Below, piece after piece: positions 1 through 8,223 of a DNA stretch of 64,000 nt (positions are counted from its first letter, which is position 1; every line of letters starts with the position of its first letter). The position numbers were made by a program, and so were the translations under genes. The notes under the pieces were generated by a model. The model was given only the letters and a program-made list of their open reading frames with translations. It did not search any database and was not told the DNA's origin. Source of the DNA: Candidatus Poseidoniaceae archaeon (GTDB taxonomy: Archaea > Thermoplasmatota > Poseidoniia > Poseidoniales > Poseidoniaceae). Location: NCBI GenBank assembly GCA_964228815.1, contig CAXRAL010000083.1, positions 5,665 to 69,664 on the forward strand, read 5' to 3'.

Positions 1-296
1 AGGCGGCGGCGTTCTTCCCAGAGCAGGAGCTGCTCCGTACGGGTGAGAAGAGCATCCCGGAGATAGAGTTCGAGGGTGCGACGGTAAGCATCGCGGTCGG
101 AGATGGCGTAGACGATGGCGTCGCCAGGGACCTGATCAGCCCTGTTTTGAATCATGTTGCCGAGCATCAGCGCTTCATCGTAGCTCAGCAGCCGCTTGTC
201 AAGGTCGGTTTGAATGGTGCTGGCGATTTCCTGAAGGGCGTATTTCGTTTCAGCACGCTGTATTTTTTTGAAATGACGACGCGCTCGCCTTGACAT
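1..296 (-). CDS. hypothetical protein, N-terminal part only (gene runs off the left edge)
   Basis: Manual minus-strand translation from the ATG (complement of 294-296) gives MSRRARRHFKKIQRAETKYALQEIASTIQTDLDKRLLSYDEALMLGNMIQNRADQVPGDAIVYAISDRDAYRRTLELYLRDALLTRTEQLLLWEERRR, open to position 1. It is absent from the ORF track because no stop lies in the window. No family recognised. Confidence 0.35.
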   Translation of the reverse strand, partial: MSRRARRHFKKIQRAETKYALQEIASTIQTDLDKRLLSYDEALMLGNMIQNRADQVPGDAIVYAISDRDAYRRTLELYLRDALLTRTEQLLLWEERRR

Positions 297-442
297 ACGT
301 GCGCCGACCATAGGTCTCTTGTCGCACTGGCAGTTATTCAAAGAATCGGTCGCAACCCCATGAATCACCCGTCATGAATGTGTTTTCATTCATTATGCAT
401 AAACGCCGTACAGGAGAGATATTTACACTGAATTCGTCCTCA

Positions 443-450
443 TTTTGTAT
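443..450 (+). promoter_or_regulatory. TATA-like box TTTTGTAT upstream of bcp
   Basis: It lies in the only AT-rich stretch of the 297-497 spacer. The 15-nt string CCTCATTTTGTATCA (438-452) recurs almost exactly upstream of the second giant paralogue (40730-40743). The box sits about 48-55 nt before the ATG at 498, so a short 5' UTR is implied. Confidence 0.35.
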
Positions 451-497
451 CAAAAATCAAAGCAATGGCTTTAGTGGCGAGCCTCAGGGTTGGATGC

Positions 498-983
498 ATG
501 AGCGAAACGATTGAACTCAGCGCTGGCGACGCCGCCCCGGCCTTCACCGCCACGGACGAACACGGAAACGAACACAGCCTGCAAGCCTACCTCGACGAAG
601 GAAAAACCGTCATCCTCTACTTCTACCCGAAAGACTCCACGCCCGGCTGCACCACGCAAGCCTGCGACTTCAGGGACAACATGGGTCGCCTCAACGGCGA
701 GTCCTACGTCGTCTTGGGTGTTTCAAAGGACTCAGCCAAGTCCCACCAGCGCTTTGTGGAGAAGCAGGAACTCAATTTCCCGCTGCTGGTCGACGAAGAC
801 CTCGCCCTTCACAACGCCTTCGGCACATGGCGCCTCAAGATGAATTACGGTCGGGAATACATGGGTTGCGCCCGATCCACGTTCGTGATCAGCCCCGACG
901 GGACGCTCGCCTGGTGTCGCTACAACGTCAAGGCCAAGGGCCACGTTGGCATGTTGATGCGAGAACTTGGCCTTGGTGAATGA
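498..983 (+). CDS. bcp: thiol peroxidase / peroxiredoxin Bcp (AhpC/TSA family)
   Basis: The ORF is 465-983. The protein aligns by eye along its length with Bcp: LSAGDAAPAF, VILYFYPKDSTPGCTTQACDFRD (peroxidatic Cys in TPGC), LGVSKDS, FPLLVDED. The start at ATG 498 (MSETIEL) is preferred over 465 because of the TATA-like box position. Confidence 0.85.
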   Translation: MSETIELSAGDAAPAFTATDEHGNEHSLQAYLDEGKTVILYFYPKDSTPGCTTQACDFRDNMGRLNGESYVVLGVSKDSAKSHQRFVEKQELNFPLLVDEDLALHNAFGTWRLKMNYGREYMGCARSTFVISPDGTLAWCRYNVKAKGHVGMLMRELGLGE

Positions 984-993
984 GGCGAACGGC

Positions 994-1473
994 ATGGACG
1001 ACCTCCCGTTGACGGGCCGGCGTGTGGACCTCGGCGGCAGCGTTGCTTGGTGGCCATGCCACATTGGGAAGGACGCCGTCATCGGTTCAGGTTCCTCTGT
1101 CGGTGCCCTCGCCCACATCGGCCAGCGCGTCATCATGGGTGAAGGCTGCAAGATCCAAGGAAGCGCCTACATCGCTGACGACTGCCAACTCGGCGACCGT
1201 GTGTTCATCGGCCCGGCAGCCGTCATCCTCAACGACAAGTACCCGCCCTCCAACGACCGAGGAAAGTGGCAACCGGTTCACATCGGCGATGAAGCCGTCA
1301 TCGGCGGCAACGCCACCATCGTCCCAGGCAACAACGTCGGTGAGCGAGCGGTCCTCGCAGCTGGTGCCGTGTTGACGCGTCCGCTCCCTGCGGGTGAAGT
1401 ATGGGGTGGTAACCCTGCCGCATTCTTGATGACGCGAGAGGACTATGAAGCACGGCGGGAGGCAAGGGCATGA
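994..1473 (+). CDS. left-handed beta-helix (hexapeptide-repeat) acyl/acetyltransferase
   Basis: The ORF is 967-1473. It shows repeated [LIV]-G-x-x-x-x hexapeptides (IGKDAVIGSGSSVGALAHIGQRVIMGEGCKIQGSAYIADDCQLGDRVFIGPAAVI, IGDEAVIGGNATI). The in-frame ATG at 994 lies just after the bcp stop. Its stop overlaps the next start (ATGA at 1470-1473). Confidence 0.7.
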   Translation: MDDLPLTGRRVDLGGSVAWWPCHIGKDAVIGSGSSVGALAHIGQRVIMGEGCKIQGSAYIADDCQLGDRVFIGPAAVILNDKYPPSNDRGKWQPVHIGDEAVIGGNATIVPGNNVGERAVLAAGAVLTRPLPAGEVWGGNPAAFLMTREDYEARREARA

Positions 1474-2279
1474 CCGATGAACGCACAGCGGTGGCTGCCT
1501 TCCTTCGAAAGTGCAACGACTACGCCAGGGCCTCCATCGAACGGAAGCAAGCACGTGGCGAACTCGAGCACATCCCTCGGTGGGAAGCCTACATCGAATT
1601 CAACGAACACGCCCTCGAAGAAATCGCGAACGGCACCCTCGACCGGTGGTTTGTGCCCACAACCACGCATCAATCACCCCTGCTTCGGCTTGACGTGGAG
1701 GCCATGGATCACGTTGAGCGGAGCACATGGCTCAACAGCGTGCTCTCGCCTCGCCCCGTGGTGGTCGCCGGCTCACACGATGAGGAAGGTGGGCGAAATT
1801 TCGCCCCGCTCTCGTCGGTCATGCAGGTCTCCACCGCCCCACCTTACCTGACCGCCTCCTTTTCCATTCACAAAGACAAGCGCCCTCGGGACACACTCCA
1901 CAACCTCCGAACCACAGGAAAGGTTGTGCTCAACATGATGCCGCCTACTCCACGTGGTGCGTTCATTGTCGATGAGACGGCCACGCCCTTGCCCCAAGGC
2001 GAGGACGAAGGGGGGCTGCTTGACCTGCCAACCGTGGCCGACCAACCGCTGTTGATCGAGGAAGCAGTCGCCGCCATCGAAGCCACCTACGTTGAAGAGC
2101 ATCCACTCCCCGACGCCGTGGCGACCCTCGTCGTGCTCAGGGTGGACGCCGTTTGGTTCTCCTCCTCCACCCTTCCAAGCGGAGGGCTCGACGTGTTGTG
2201 CCAGCACGGGAGGGACGACATGACGCCCTCGCCGCAAGGCTGGACACAGCGGGTGCTCAAGCACTATGGCCCAGCCTGA
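1470..2279 (+). CDS. flavin reductase-like (FMN-binding split-barrel) protein with ~95-aa N-terminal extension
   Basis: The core RPVVVAGSHDEEGGRNFAPLSSVMQVSTAPPYLTASFSIHKDKRPRDTLHNLRTTGKVVLNMM matches the flavin reductase domain pattern (RPVvlvt..d..G..N.ap.S....s..PP....s.......T..N...tg.fv.N). The N-terminal 95 aa are unassigned. Confidence 0.55.
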   Translation: MTDERTAVAAFLRKCNDYARASIERKQARGELEHIPRWEAYIEFNEHALEEIANGTLDRWFVPTTTHQSPLLRLDVEAMDHVERSTWLNSVLSPRPVVVAGSHDEEGGRNFAPLSSVMQVSTAPPYLTASFSIHKDKRPRDTLHNLRTTGKVVLNMMPPTPRGAFIVDETATPLPQGEDEGGLLDLPTVADQPLLIEEAVAAIEATYVEEHPLPDAVATLVVLRVDAVWFSSSTLPSGGLDVLCQHGRDDMTPSPQGWTQRVLKHYGPA

Positions 2280-3244
2280 AGAGCGGTCCAAACCCGCTGC
2301 AACCCGTCCTCGAGCGAGACCTTGCAGGACCACCCGAGCAACGCTTCAGCGGCGCTGGTGTCGGGCAACCGTCGTTGTGAATCCCCGAAATAACCCCCGC
2401 CCAACACGCAATCCACCGCCATGGAGCCAACGGTTCGGTTCACGGCCTCGGCCAGCGCTCGAATGCTAACCTCCTCCGTTGAACCAACGTTGAAACTGCG
2501 TCCGCTCAGAGAAGAGCCGTCCAAGGCAGCGTCCATGTGCCCCGCCCGGTAAAACCCGTCAACGATGTCGTCGATGTAGGTGAGGCTCCGTGTTTGGCTC
2601 CCGTCGCCATGGACGGCCATGGGCCGCTGCTGCCGAACCGCCTGAAAGAACATCCCGACCACCTGCCCGTAGGCATCGCCGAGCATGTCCACGCCGTAGG
2701 CGTTGAACGGACGCACAATACGACCGTCAAGACCCTTTGAAACGGCGTGATGGAGCGCCACCTCGTCGAGGTACTTGCTTGCACCGTAGGAAAATCGCTG
2801 GTGGTCAGCGGCCGAGGGGAACTGGCTGGTATCGACGTTTCCGAGCGGCATCCGCTCGTTTTCACCGAAGGCTTCCGGCGATGAGGCCAGTACAAAGCGC
2901 GCTTCCCACGCAAGGGCTTGACGCAGTGCCACCAGCGTGCCGTTCACGTTGACGTCAATGACCTCCATGGCCGCCTCGTGGAACCATTTGGTCCCGTTGA
3001 TGGCGGCCAGATGATGGACCAGATCAACGCCACCAAGCGCATCGTGGCAGCGTTGGAGGTCGTCAGCTCGGACCACATCTCCTTCGACCACGGTCAACGA
3101 AGGGTGAGTGCTGACGGACGCAAGGTTGGACATGGCACCTCGCCAAAAGTTGTCGAGCACGGCGACGGTGTGCCCTTCATCCAAGAGCCGACGAACGAGC
3201 GCAGCACCGATGAAGCCTGCCCCACCGGTGACGACGACCCGCAT
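2264..3244 (-). CDS. NAD-dependent nucleotide-sugar epimerase/dehydratase (extended SDR)
   Basis: The ORF is 2264-3337. It has a Rossmann motif MRVVVTGGAGFIGAALVRRLL and a catalytic YxxxK (YGASKYLDE). The start at ATG 3244 lies 2 nt after the upstream gene's stop (3247-3249). The longer ORF prefix is Arg-rich junk. Confidence 0.8.
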   Translation of the reverse strand: MRVVVTGGAGFIGAALVRRLLDEGHTVAVLDNFWRGAMSNLASVSTHPSLTVVEGDVVRADDLQRCHDALGGVDLVHHLAAINGTKWFHEAAMEVIDVNVNGTLVALRQALAWEARFVLASSPEAFGENERMPLGNVDTSQFPSAADHQRFSYGASKYLDEVALHHAVSKGLDGRIVRPFNAYGVDMLGDAYGQVVGMFFQAVRQQRPMAVHGDGSQTRSLTYIDDIVDGFYRAGHMDAALDGSSLSGRSFNVGSTEEVSIRALAEAVNRTVGSMAVDCVLGGGYFGDSQRRLPDTSAAEALLGWSCKVSLEDGLQRVWTALQAGP

Positions 3245-3246
3245 GC

Positions 3247-5022
3247 TCACGGCTGGACACGCTCCAAAACCTCCAACTCCACACCGGAGGATGTTCGGCG
3301 AAATTCGACGGTATCGCCGGTGTTGACGGCCATGCACGGGTCGGCGTCAAAGCCGTGGCCGTAGGGCAGGCCGAGCAAGGAACAGGCGGGCAGGGTCAAG
3401 GGGCAGATGTCTCGGTTCACCACGGCTTTTGGCCCCTTGTCGGTGTAGATGAGACCCATCAGCACGTAAGGAGCCACCGTCGAGCCGGAACCTTTGGGAT
3501 AGACGAGAATCGTGTCCTCAATTGCCACGCCGTCCAGCGGATGGCCCGGCTCTTCAATGACACCGGTATCCCGGTTGACGTAGCCGAGGTAGGTGATGGG
3601 CACGTCGGTGACGAGGGCACGACCCCGCACGGTAAAGTCAGCCTGAGAGCGCAAACCGGACCCGGAGAGCAGCACATCATCGGAACGATGGGTCTTGGAG
3701 GAGGCGTGCTGGGGTTGCGCCTTGGGGTTAAGCACGGGAACGGGACCTTGGGCCAGCGACGGGTCGATGGCGTGGGCAACGCAGGCTTCGATGGGCATCA
3801 CCGACGTGGGTAGCCGATTCAGTCCACTGGTCAGGTAGTGCTCCGCCTTGAGCGAGTTCGTGAGCAGGTGGTTGTACTTCGACCGGTTGTAGGGCGTGAC
3901 CTCCGGGCAGGTGTCCTTGAGCAACAAGGCCCCACCTTCCTCCAACAGCTCGATGGTGCCGTCCGCTTCGGCCAGAGCGTAGTTTTCGCCACTCGTGAAG
4001 ACCCAAAGCCGGTGATCGGGAACACGTCGCCCCATTTCCATGTGCGAACGGAGGGCTGAGGCCGTGATGCGAAGTTCTTCCAAACTGGCTTGAGGGCATC
4101 CAATGACCACCAGATCGACTTGCCCTTGGGGAGCGAGGTCAGCGTAGCGCTGGTCCAAATCGGCCTGCGTAAAGGTCAGTGAGCCTTGCCAGCCGCTCGA
4201 GGGCGGTGCAACCGTCCCGTCGTCGTTGACCTCCAAGGGAGGGGCGACCGTGTGACCTTCCGCCCACAGCATGGCACAACCGTAGTTGGCTGCAGCAGCC
4301 GTAAGGGCTTTTTTTGACGCGAAGGACATGAAATCGGGCAGCCCCGTGATGTAGGGCATCGGGCCGTACGGCATGTTCCATTCCGGACGGACCTGCTTGC
4401 CCATCCAGTCGCCAAGAACCGACCAGTCGGACAGGTGGTTCATCTCGCAGTCGACATGAACATGCATGTTGGGTACGCGGTGTTCAGGAAGATGAAGCCC
4501 CCAGCGCGGTGCAAAACCGGTCAACGCCGTGGCCAACGCTGACAAGCCCGATTCACGGTTGGTGATGAGCGAAGTCCAGGTGTTGGAAAAACAAACGGCG
4601 TTGGACTCCGCCCACGTGGCGATGCCGGTCTCGTCCTCAATGCCTCGGTCGTAGGGTGTGCACGACAGGGTGGCGTCGATGCCCAGGCGCTCGTACGCCT
4701 GAACGATCTCAAATTGTTGCTCGAGAAAATCGGGCCACTCGATGTCCATTTCTTCCATTTTTTCACGGTCGCAGCCCGCAGAGTTCAGCGTGGTCGGAAT
4801 GGCCACGTGGCCGTCGCCGTCCGCCGAAAGGTCCTGCAAGAAGCGGCGAAGGCCGTGGCCACCGGTAATGACGGAAACACCGGATACGTGGGCGTGAACG
4901 GCTTCCAAGTAGCCCTCGGCCTTGGCCGTGTCCGCCAAGTCAATGACCAGGCGGGCTGCCTTCTGGCGCGTGTTTCCCTCCAGCCCGGCCAGTTGGTCAA
5001 GCAGGCGTTGAGGAGGCTCCAT
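3247..5022 (-). CDS. aconitase X (AcnX) family protein, fused large (DUF521-like) and small swivel (DUF126-like) domains
   Basis: 591 aa. The N-terminal two-thirds carry AcnX-type motifs (HVSGVSVITGG, LSCTPYDRG, VIGCPQASLEEL, KDTCPEV). The C-terminal ~130 aa look DUF126-like (GRALVTDVPITYLGYVNRDTGVIEE, ILVYPKGSGSTVAPYVL). Confidence 0.7.
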   Translation of the reverse strand: MEPPQRLLDQLAGLEGNTRQKAARLVIDLADTAKAEGYLEAVHAHVSGVSVITGGHGLRRFLQDLSADGDGHVAIPTTLNSAGCDREKMEEMDIEWPDFLEQQFEIVQAYERLGIDATLSCTPYDRGIEDETGIATWAESNAVCFSNTWTSLITNRESGLSALATALTGFAPRWGLHLPEHRVPNMHVHVDCEMNHLSDWSVLGDWMGKQVRPEWNMPYGPMPYITGLPDFMSFASKKALTAAAANYGCAMLWAEGHTVAPPLEVNDDGTVAPPSSGWQGSLTFTQADLDQRYADLAPQGQVDLVVIGCPQASLEELRITASALRSHMEMGRRVPDHRLWVFTSGENYALAEADGTIELLEEGGALLLKDTCPEVTPYNRSKYNHLLTNSLKAEHYLTSGLNRLPTSVMPIEACVAHAIDPSLAQGPVPVLNPKAQPQHASSKTHRSDDVLLSGSGLRSQADFTVRGRALVTDVPITYLGYVNRDTGVIEEPGHPLDGVAIEDTILVYPKGSGSTVAPYVLMGLIYTDKGPKAVVNRDICPLTLPACSLLGLPYGHGFDADPCMAVNTGDTVEFRRTSSGVELEVLERVQP

Positions 5023-5192
5023 GGCTTCGCCATCGGTTGAAGCCTCATGAATTCACCCCTCGGCAGCAGCTCCAATCAACAGCCATGGCAACCTTCCGTT
5101 TCCTTCTGCCCAGGCCGATGAAGCGGCCTCTGGTGCATGCCCATCGTTCACGTTGATAATGAACGGCGGTAGATTAAGAACGATTGAGGCAG

Positions 5193-7331
5193 ATGTATCG
5201 GTTCATGCAAACAACTGCAGGGAACGAATCAAATCGGCCAGAACATGAAGCGCAAAGCGAACAAGCCTCGCCAGACCATCCGCCACACCGTCATCGACGT
5301 TGGCTGGCCGTCATCCAAACCTTGACGCTGATCAGCGTGCTTTTGCTCGCCACCTACAACCACGCCCTCATCGGCGCAACCCCCGACCAGACCACCGCCA
5401 CGCCGTGGCTGGTTGAATCCGAGCCCTTTGAGCCCGTTGCGCCGTGCAACCAAGGCGGCTATCACATTCACACGGGCTTTGACATCAACGGAAACGACGT
5501 CCTCGACGAAGGCGAACGACAGGACACCACCGCCATCTGCCACGGGTTACGCGGCCTGTCCGGCCCGCAGGGTCAAGCCGGTGATTCGGGGGAACACGCA
5601 CCGATTCAACTCGTCTCTACCGAGGCGGTCTCGCCGCAGAACAGCACCTGCCCCGAAGGTGGGATGACGATGCACAGCGGCTTGGATTACAACGAAAACA
5701 ACGTCCTCGACGAGGACGAAATCATCTCCGAGGCCACGCTGTGCAACGGCATCGTCGGCCGGGACGGGGACAACGGCACCCACGGCCTTGACGGAACGCA
5801 GGGAGCAGGAGCACTGGTCGACAAGGTGGCTGCACCCTCCTACATCTGCGCCGACGGTTTCGTGGTGCGATTCGGCGTGGACGACGGCAACGGTGAAGGC
5901 GTTGCCAACAACGACCAGATGGAGGTTGACGAGGTGCGCGAGACCCTGAATTTCTGCTTCGAACCCCTCCGCTCCGAGCGGGTAACGGATCTGCTCAGCG
6001 GAACTGGAAACTCGATGACCAGTGGGTGTGACGCTGCCGTATGGGCCGACGGCCTCGAAGGGTTGGTCTTCGCCGGAAACGACGGGACCAACGGCTGTGA
6101 ACTGCACCTCCATCGCCCTGGCCTCAACGAGACCGCGATGGTCGTCAACCTCCACCCCAACGGTGACGCCATGCCCGGTCGCGACCTCGGACTTCACGCC
6201 ATCAACGGTGGAGCCTTGGTGCTGTTTGATGCCACCGACGGCGCCAACGGGCGGCAGCTGTGGGTCAGCGACGGAACCGAGAACGGGACGCGTGCCCTCG
6301 GACCGGTCGAAACCATTGCTCCACGGCCGTGGGCTGACGGTTTGCTGTTTCGCTCCCCCACCAACGACCTGCTGTGGACCAACGGGACCGATCTCCGAAC
6401 GTGGACCACCCTGCCCATCTGGAGCACGGCTCAACAGCAAGCCGTGGCCGCCAACCTCTCAGAACTCAACCAGTTCGGTCAAGCATGGCTGCACACCGAC
6501 GAGCACGCCGTTTGGTTCAGCGCCTCGGACACCAACGGTGACGTCGAGCCCTATCGCTTGGACCTGGACGGAACCCTGACGGCGTGGTCCGTCAATGCGT
6601 TTGGAAGCTCACAACTGACCAACCTGTTGACGGTTGGAAACGATGTGGTGGCCGCTGCATCTCGAGGCGGTGTCAAACAGCTGCTGCGCCTCCACGACAA
6701 CGGCACGCACGGGTGGGTCACCTCAATTTCACCGGCATCGGGTGATACCCGGTTGGGCGAAGGGATGGGTTTGCACCTCATTGGAGACAACCTCATTTTT
6801 GACGCGGAAACCGTTGCAGGTGAGCCACGCTTGTGGACCAGCAACTTGGCCAACGGTATCACGTTGCAACTCAGTTCCAGCATTCTTGCCCCGGGGGTAC
6901 AAGTGGGCGTCGCCAACACCGGCACCCGGTTGATGTTTGATTGCCTGACCGCCAGCACCGGTCTGGAGACCTGCATGACGGACGGAACGCCGCAGGGAAG
7001 CCAGGTCGTTCACGACTTGACACCGGGGTTGATGTCGTCGGACGTGAGGGCCATCGCATCCGTCGGCGATGGGTGGTTGGTGGTCAGCGACGGCATGGTC
7101 AACGGTTCAGCACAAGGCGTGTCCTTGTGGGTGGTCGAAGGCGAGGCCATGCGGCCGGCGTACAACGCCTGGACCGGCAGCGGCAATTCGTCAGAGGCGC
7201 TGACCTACGGCCAACTCATCATCGGGCCCACCCAAGCGTGGATGATCGCTCACGACGGCGTTCACGGCCACGAATGGCACCGCTGGAGCCACGGTGAACT
7301 CTCGGACGACTGGATTGTCATTCGTCGGTGA
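5193..7331 (+). CDS. N-terminally anchored surface protein: Cys-bracketed D/N-rich repeats with short collagen-like GXY tracts, then ELWxxDGT-type repeats
   Basis: The ORF is 5184-7331 (TTG at 5184, first ATG at 5193). One TM span (WLAVIQTLTLISVLLLATY). Three C-x(30-35)-C repeats. GXY runs (GLRGLSGPQGQAGDSG; GIVGRDGDNGTHGLDGTQGAG). The C-terminal half has RQLWVSDGTENGTRAL, EPRLWTSNLANG, CMTDGTPQGSQVV and VSLWVVEG, which fit the ELWxxDGT repeat pattern. Confidence 0.65.
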   Translation: MYRFMQTTAGNESNRPEHEAQSEQASPDHPPHRHRRWLAVIQTLTLISVLLLATYNHALIGATPDQTTATPWLVESEPFEPVAPCNQGGYHIHTGFDINGNDVLDEGERQDTTAICHGLRGLSGPQGQAGDSGEHAPIQLVSTEAVSPQNSTCPEGGMTMHSGLDYNENNVLDEDEIISEATLCNGIVGRDGDNGTHGLDGTQGAGALVDKVAAPSYICADGFVVRFGVDDGNGEGVANNDQMEVDEVRETLNFCFEPLRSERVTDLLSGTGNSMTSGCDAAVWADGLEGLVFAGNDGTNGCELHLHRPGLNETAMVVNLHPNGDAMPGRDLGLHAINGGALVLFDATDGANGRQLWVSDGTENGTRALGPVETIAPRPWADGLLFRSPTNDLLWTNGTDLRTWTTLPIWSTAQQQAVAANLSELNQFGQAWLHTDEHAVWFSASDTNGDVEPYRLDLDGTLTAWSVNAFGSSQLTNLLTVGNDVVAAASRGGVKQLLRLHDNGTHGWVTSISPASGDTRLGEGMGLHLIGDNLIFDAETVAGEPRLWTSNLANGITLQLSSSILAPGVQVGVANTGTRLMFDCLTASTGLETCMTDGTPQGSQVVHDLTPGLMSSDVRAIASVGDGWLVVSDGMVNGSAQGVSLWVVEGEAMRPAYNAWTGSGNSSEALTYGQLIIGPTQAWMIAHDGVHGHEWHRWSHGELSDDWIVIRR

Positions 7332-8223
7332 GCGGCACCATGTTGCCTCGGTCGATGCAGTACGGGCACGACGTGCCGATGACGTAATCGGGGGATTGTT
7401 GTTCCTGGACCGAAAGGGGCTCTCGGCAAGCAAAGCACACCACCACCTCGGTTTCTTCGAGGGCTGGATTGACGGCCACGCGCTGGTCAAACACGAAACA
7501 GTCGCCGGCCCAATGTTCACCGCCGACCTCTTCGAAGTAGCCCAGGATGCCCCCCTTGAGTTGTTTGACGTTGGTAAATCCAGCCTCGAGCATGATGGCG
7601 CTGGCCTTTTCGCATCGGATACCGCCCGTGCAGAACATCACCACGGGTTCGTCCTTCATCGCATCAGGCAAACGGGCAATGGCCTGTGGGAAGGCACGGA
7701 AGGTGCGGATGTTCAGATCGATGGCCTTGTCAAACGTCCCCACGCGCAACTCGTAATCGTTCCTCGTGTCGAGGACATGAACGTGCTCGCCTCGGTCGAG
7801 CATGGCTTTGAACGCCCGAGGTTCAATCTCGGGACCGGTGAAGGCGGCCGGGTTGATGTGATTCAAGCCCACGGAGATGATCTCGTTCTTCTTTCGAACG
7901 TTCATGCGGTTGAAGGGCTGGTAGTCGGTGAAGGAGGTCTTCAACGGAATGCCACGAAACCGCTCGTCCTGTTCGAGGTAGGCCGTGAAGCCCTCGATGG
8001 CCACCTGGCGACCGGCGAGGAAGAAATTGATGCCCTCCGGTGCAAGGAGCACCGTTCCTTTGAGACCTAGGTCGGTGCAGAGGCTTCGCAACACCGCTTG
8101 CAAACGATCTCGATCGTCGATGGCGACGAAACGATACCCTGCGACGTTCACGATGTGTCCAGCCACAACGCCGCCTGCGACCGCGACTTCTTGAGGCCAC
8201 CGTCGCCGGTTCAACGGCGCCAA
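7318..8223 (-). CDS. trhO: rhodanese-domain protein of the UPF0176/YceA family (tRNA U34 hydroxylase TrhO-like)
   Basis: The ORF is 7318-8304. Motifs: VNVAGYRFVAIDD, LLAPEGINFFLAG, the rhodanese active-site loop FCTGGIRCEKAS, and a C-terminal Cys cluster (CFACREPL...CPYC). The first ATG (8304) would overlap nadE by 94 nt. Alternative TTG starts (8223, 8214) or a GTG start (8166) are more likely, so the exact start is uncertain. Confidence 0.7.
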   Translation of the reverse strand: MAPLNRRRWPQEVAVAGGVVAGHIVNVAGYRFVAIDDRDRLQAVLRSLCTDLGLKGTVLLAPEGINFFLAGRQVAIEGFTAYLEQDERFRGIPLKTSFTDYQPFNRMNVRKKNEIISVGLNHINPAAFTGPEIEPRAFKAMLDRGEHVHVLDTRNDYELRVGTFDKAIDLNIRTFRAFPQAIARLPDAMKDEPVVMFCTGGIRCEKASAIMLEAGFTNVKQLKGGILGYFEEVGGEHWAGDCFVFDQRVAVNPALEETEVVVCFACREPLSVQEQQSPDYVIGTSCPYCIDRGNMVPLTDE

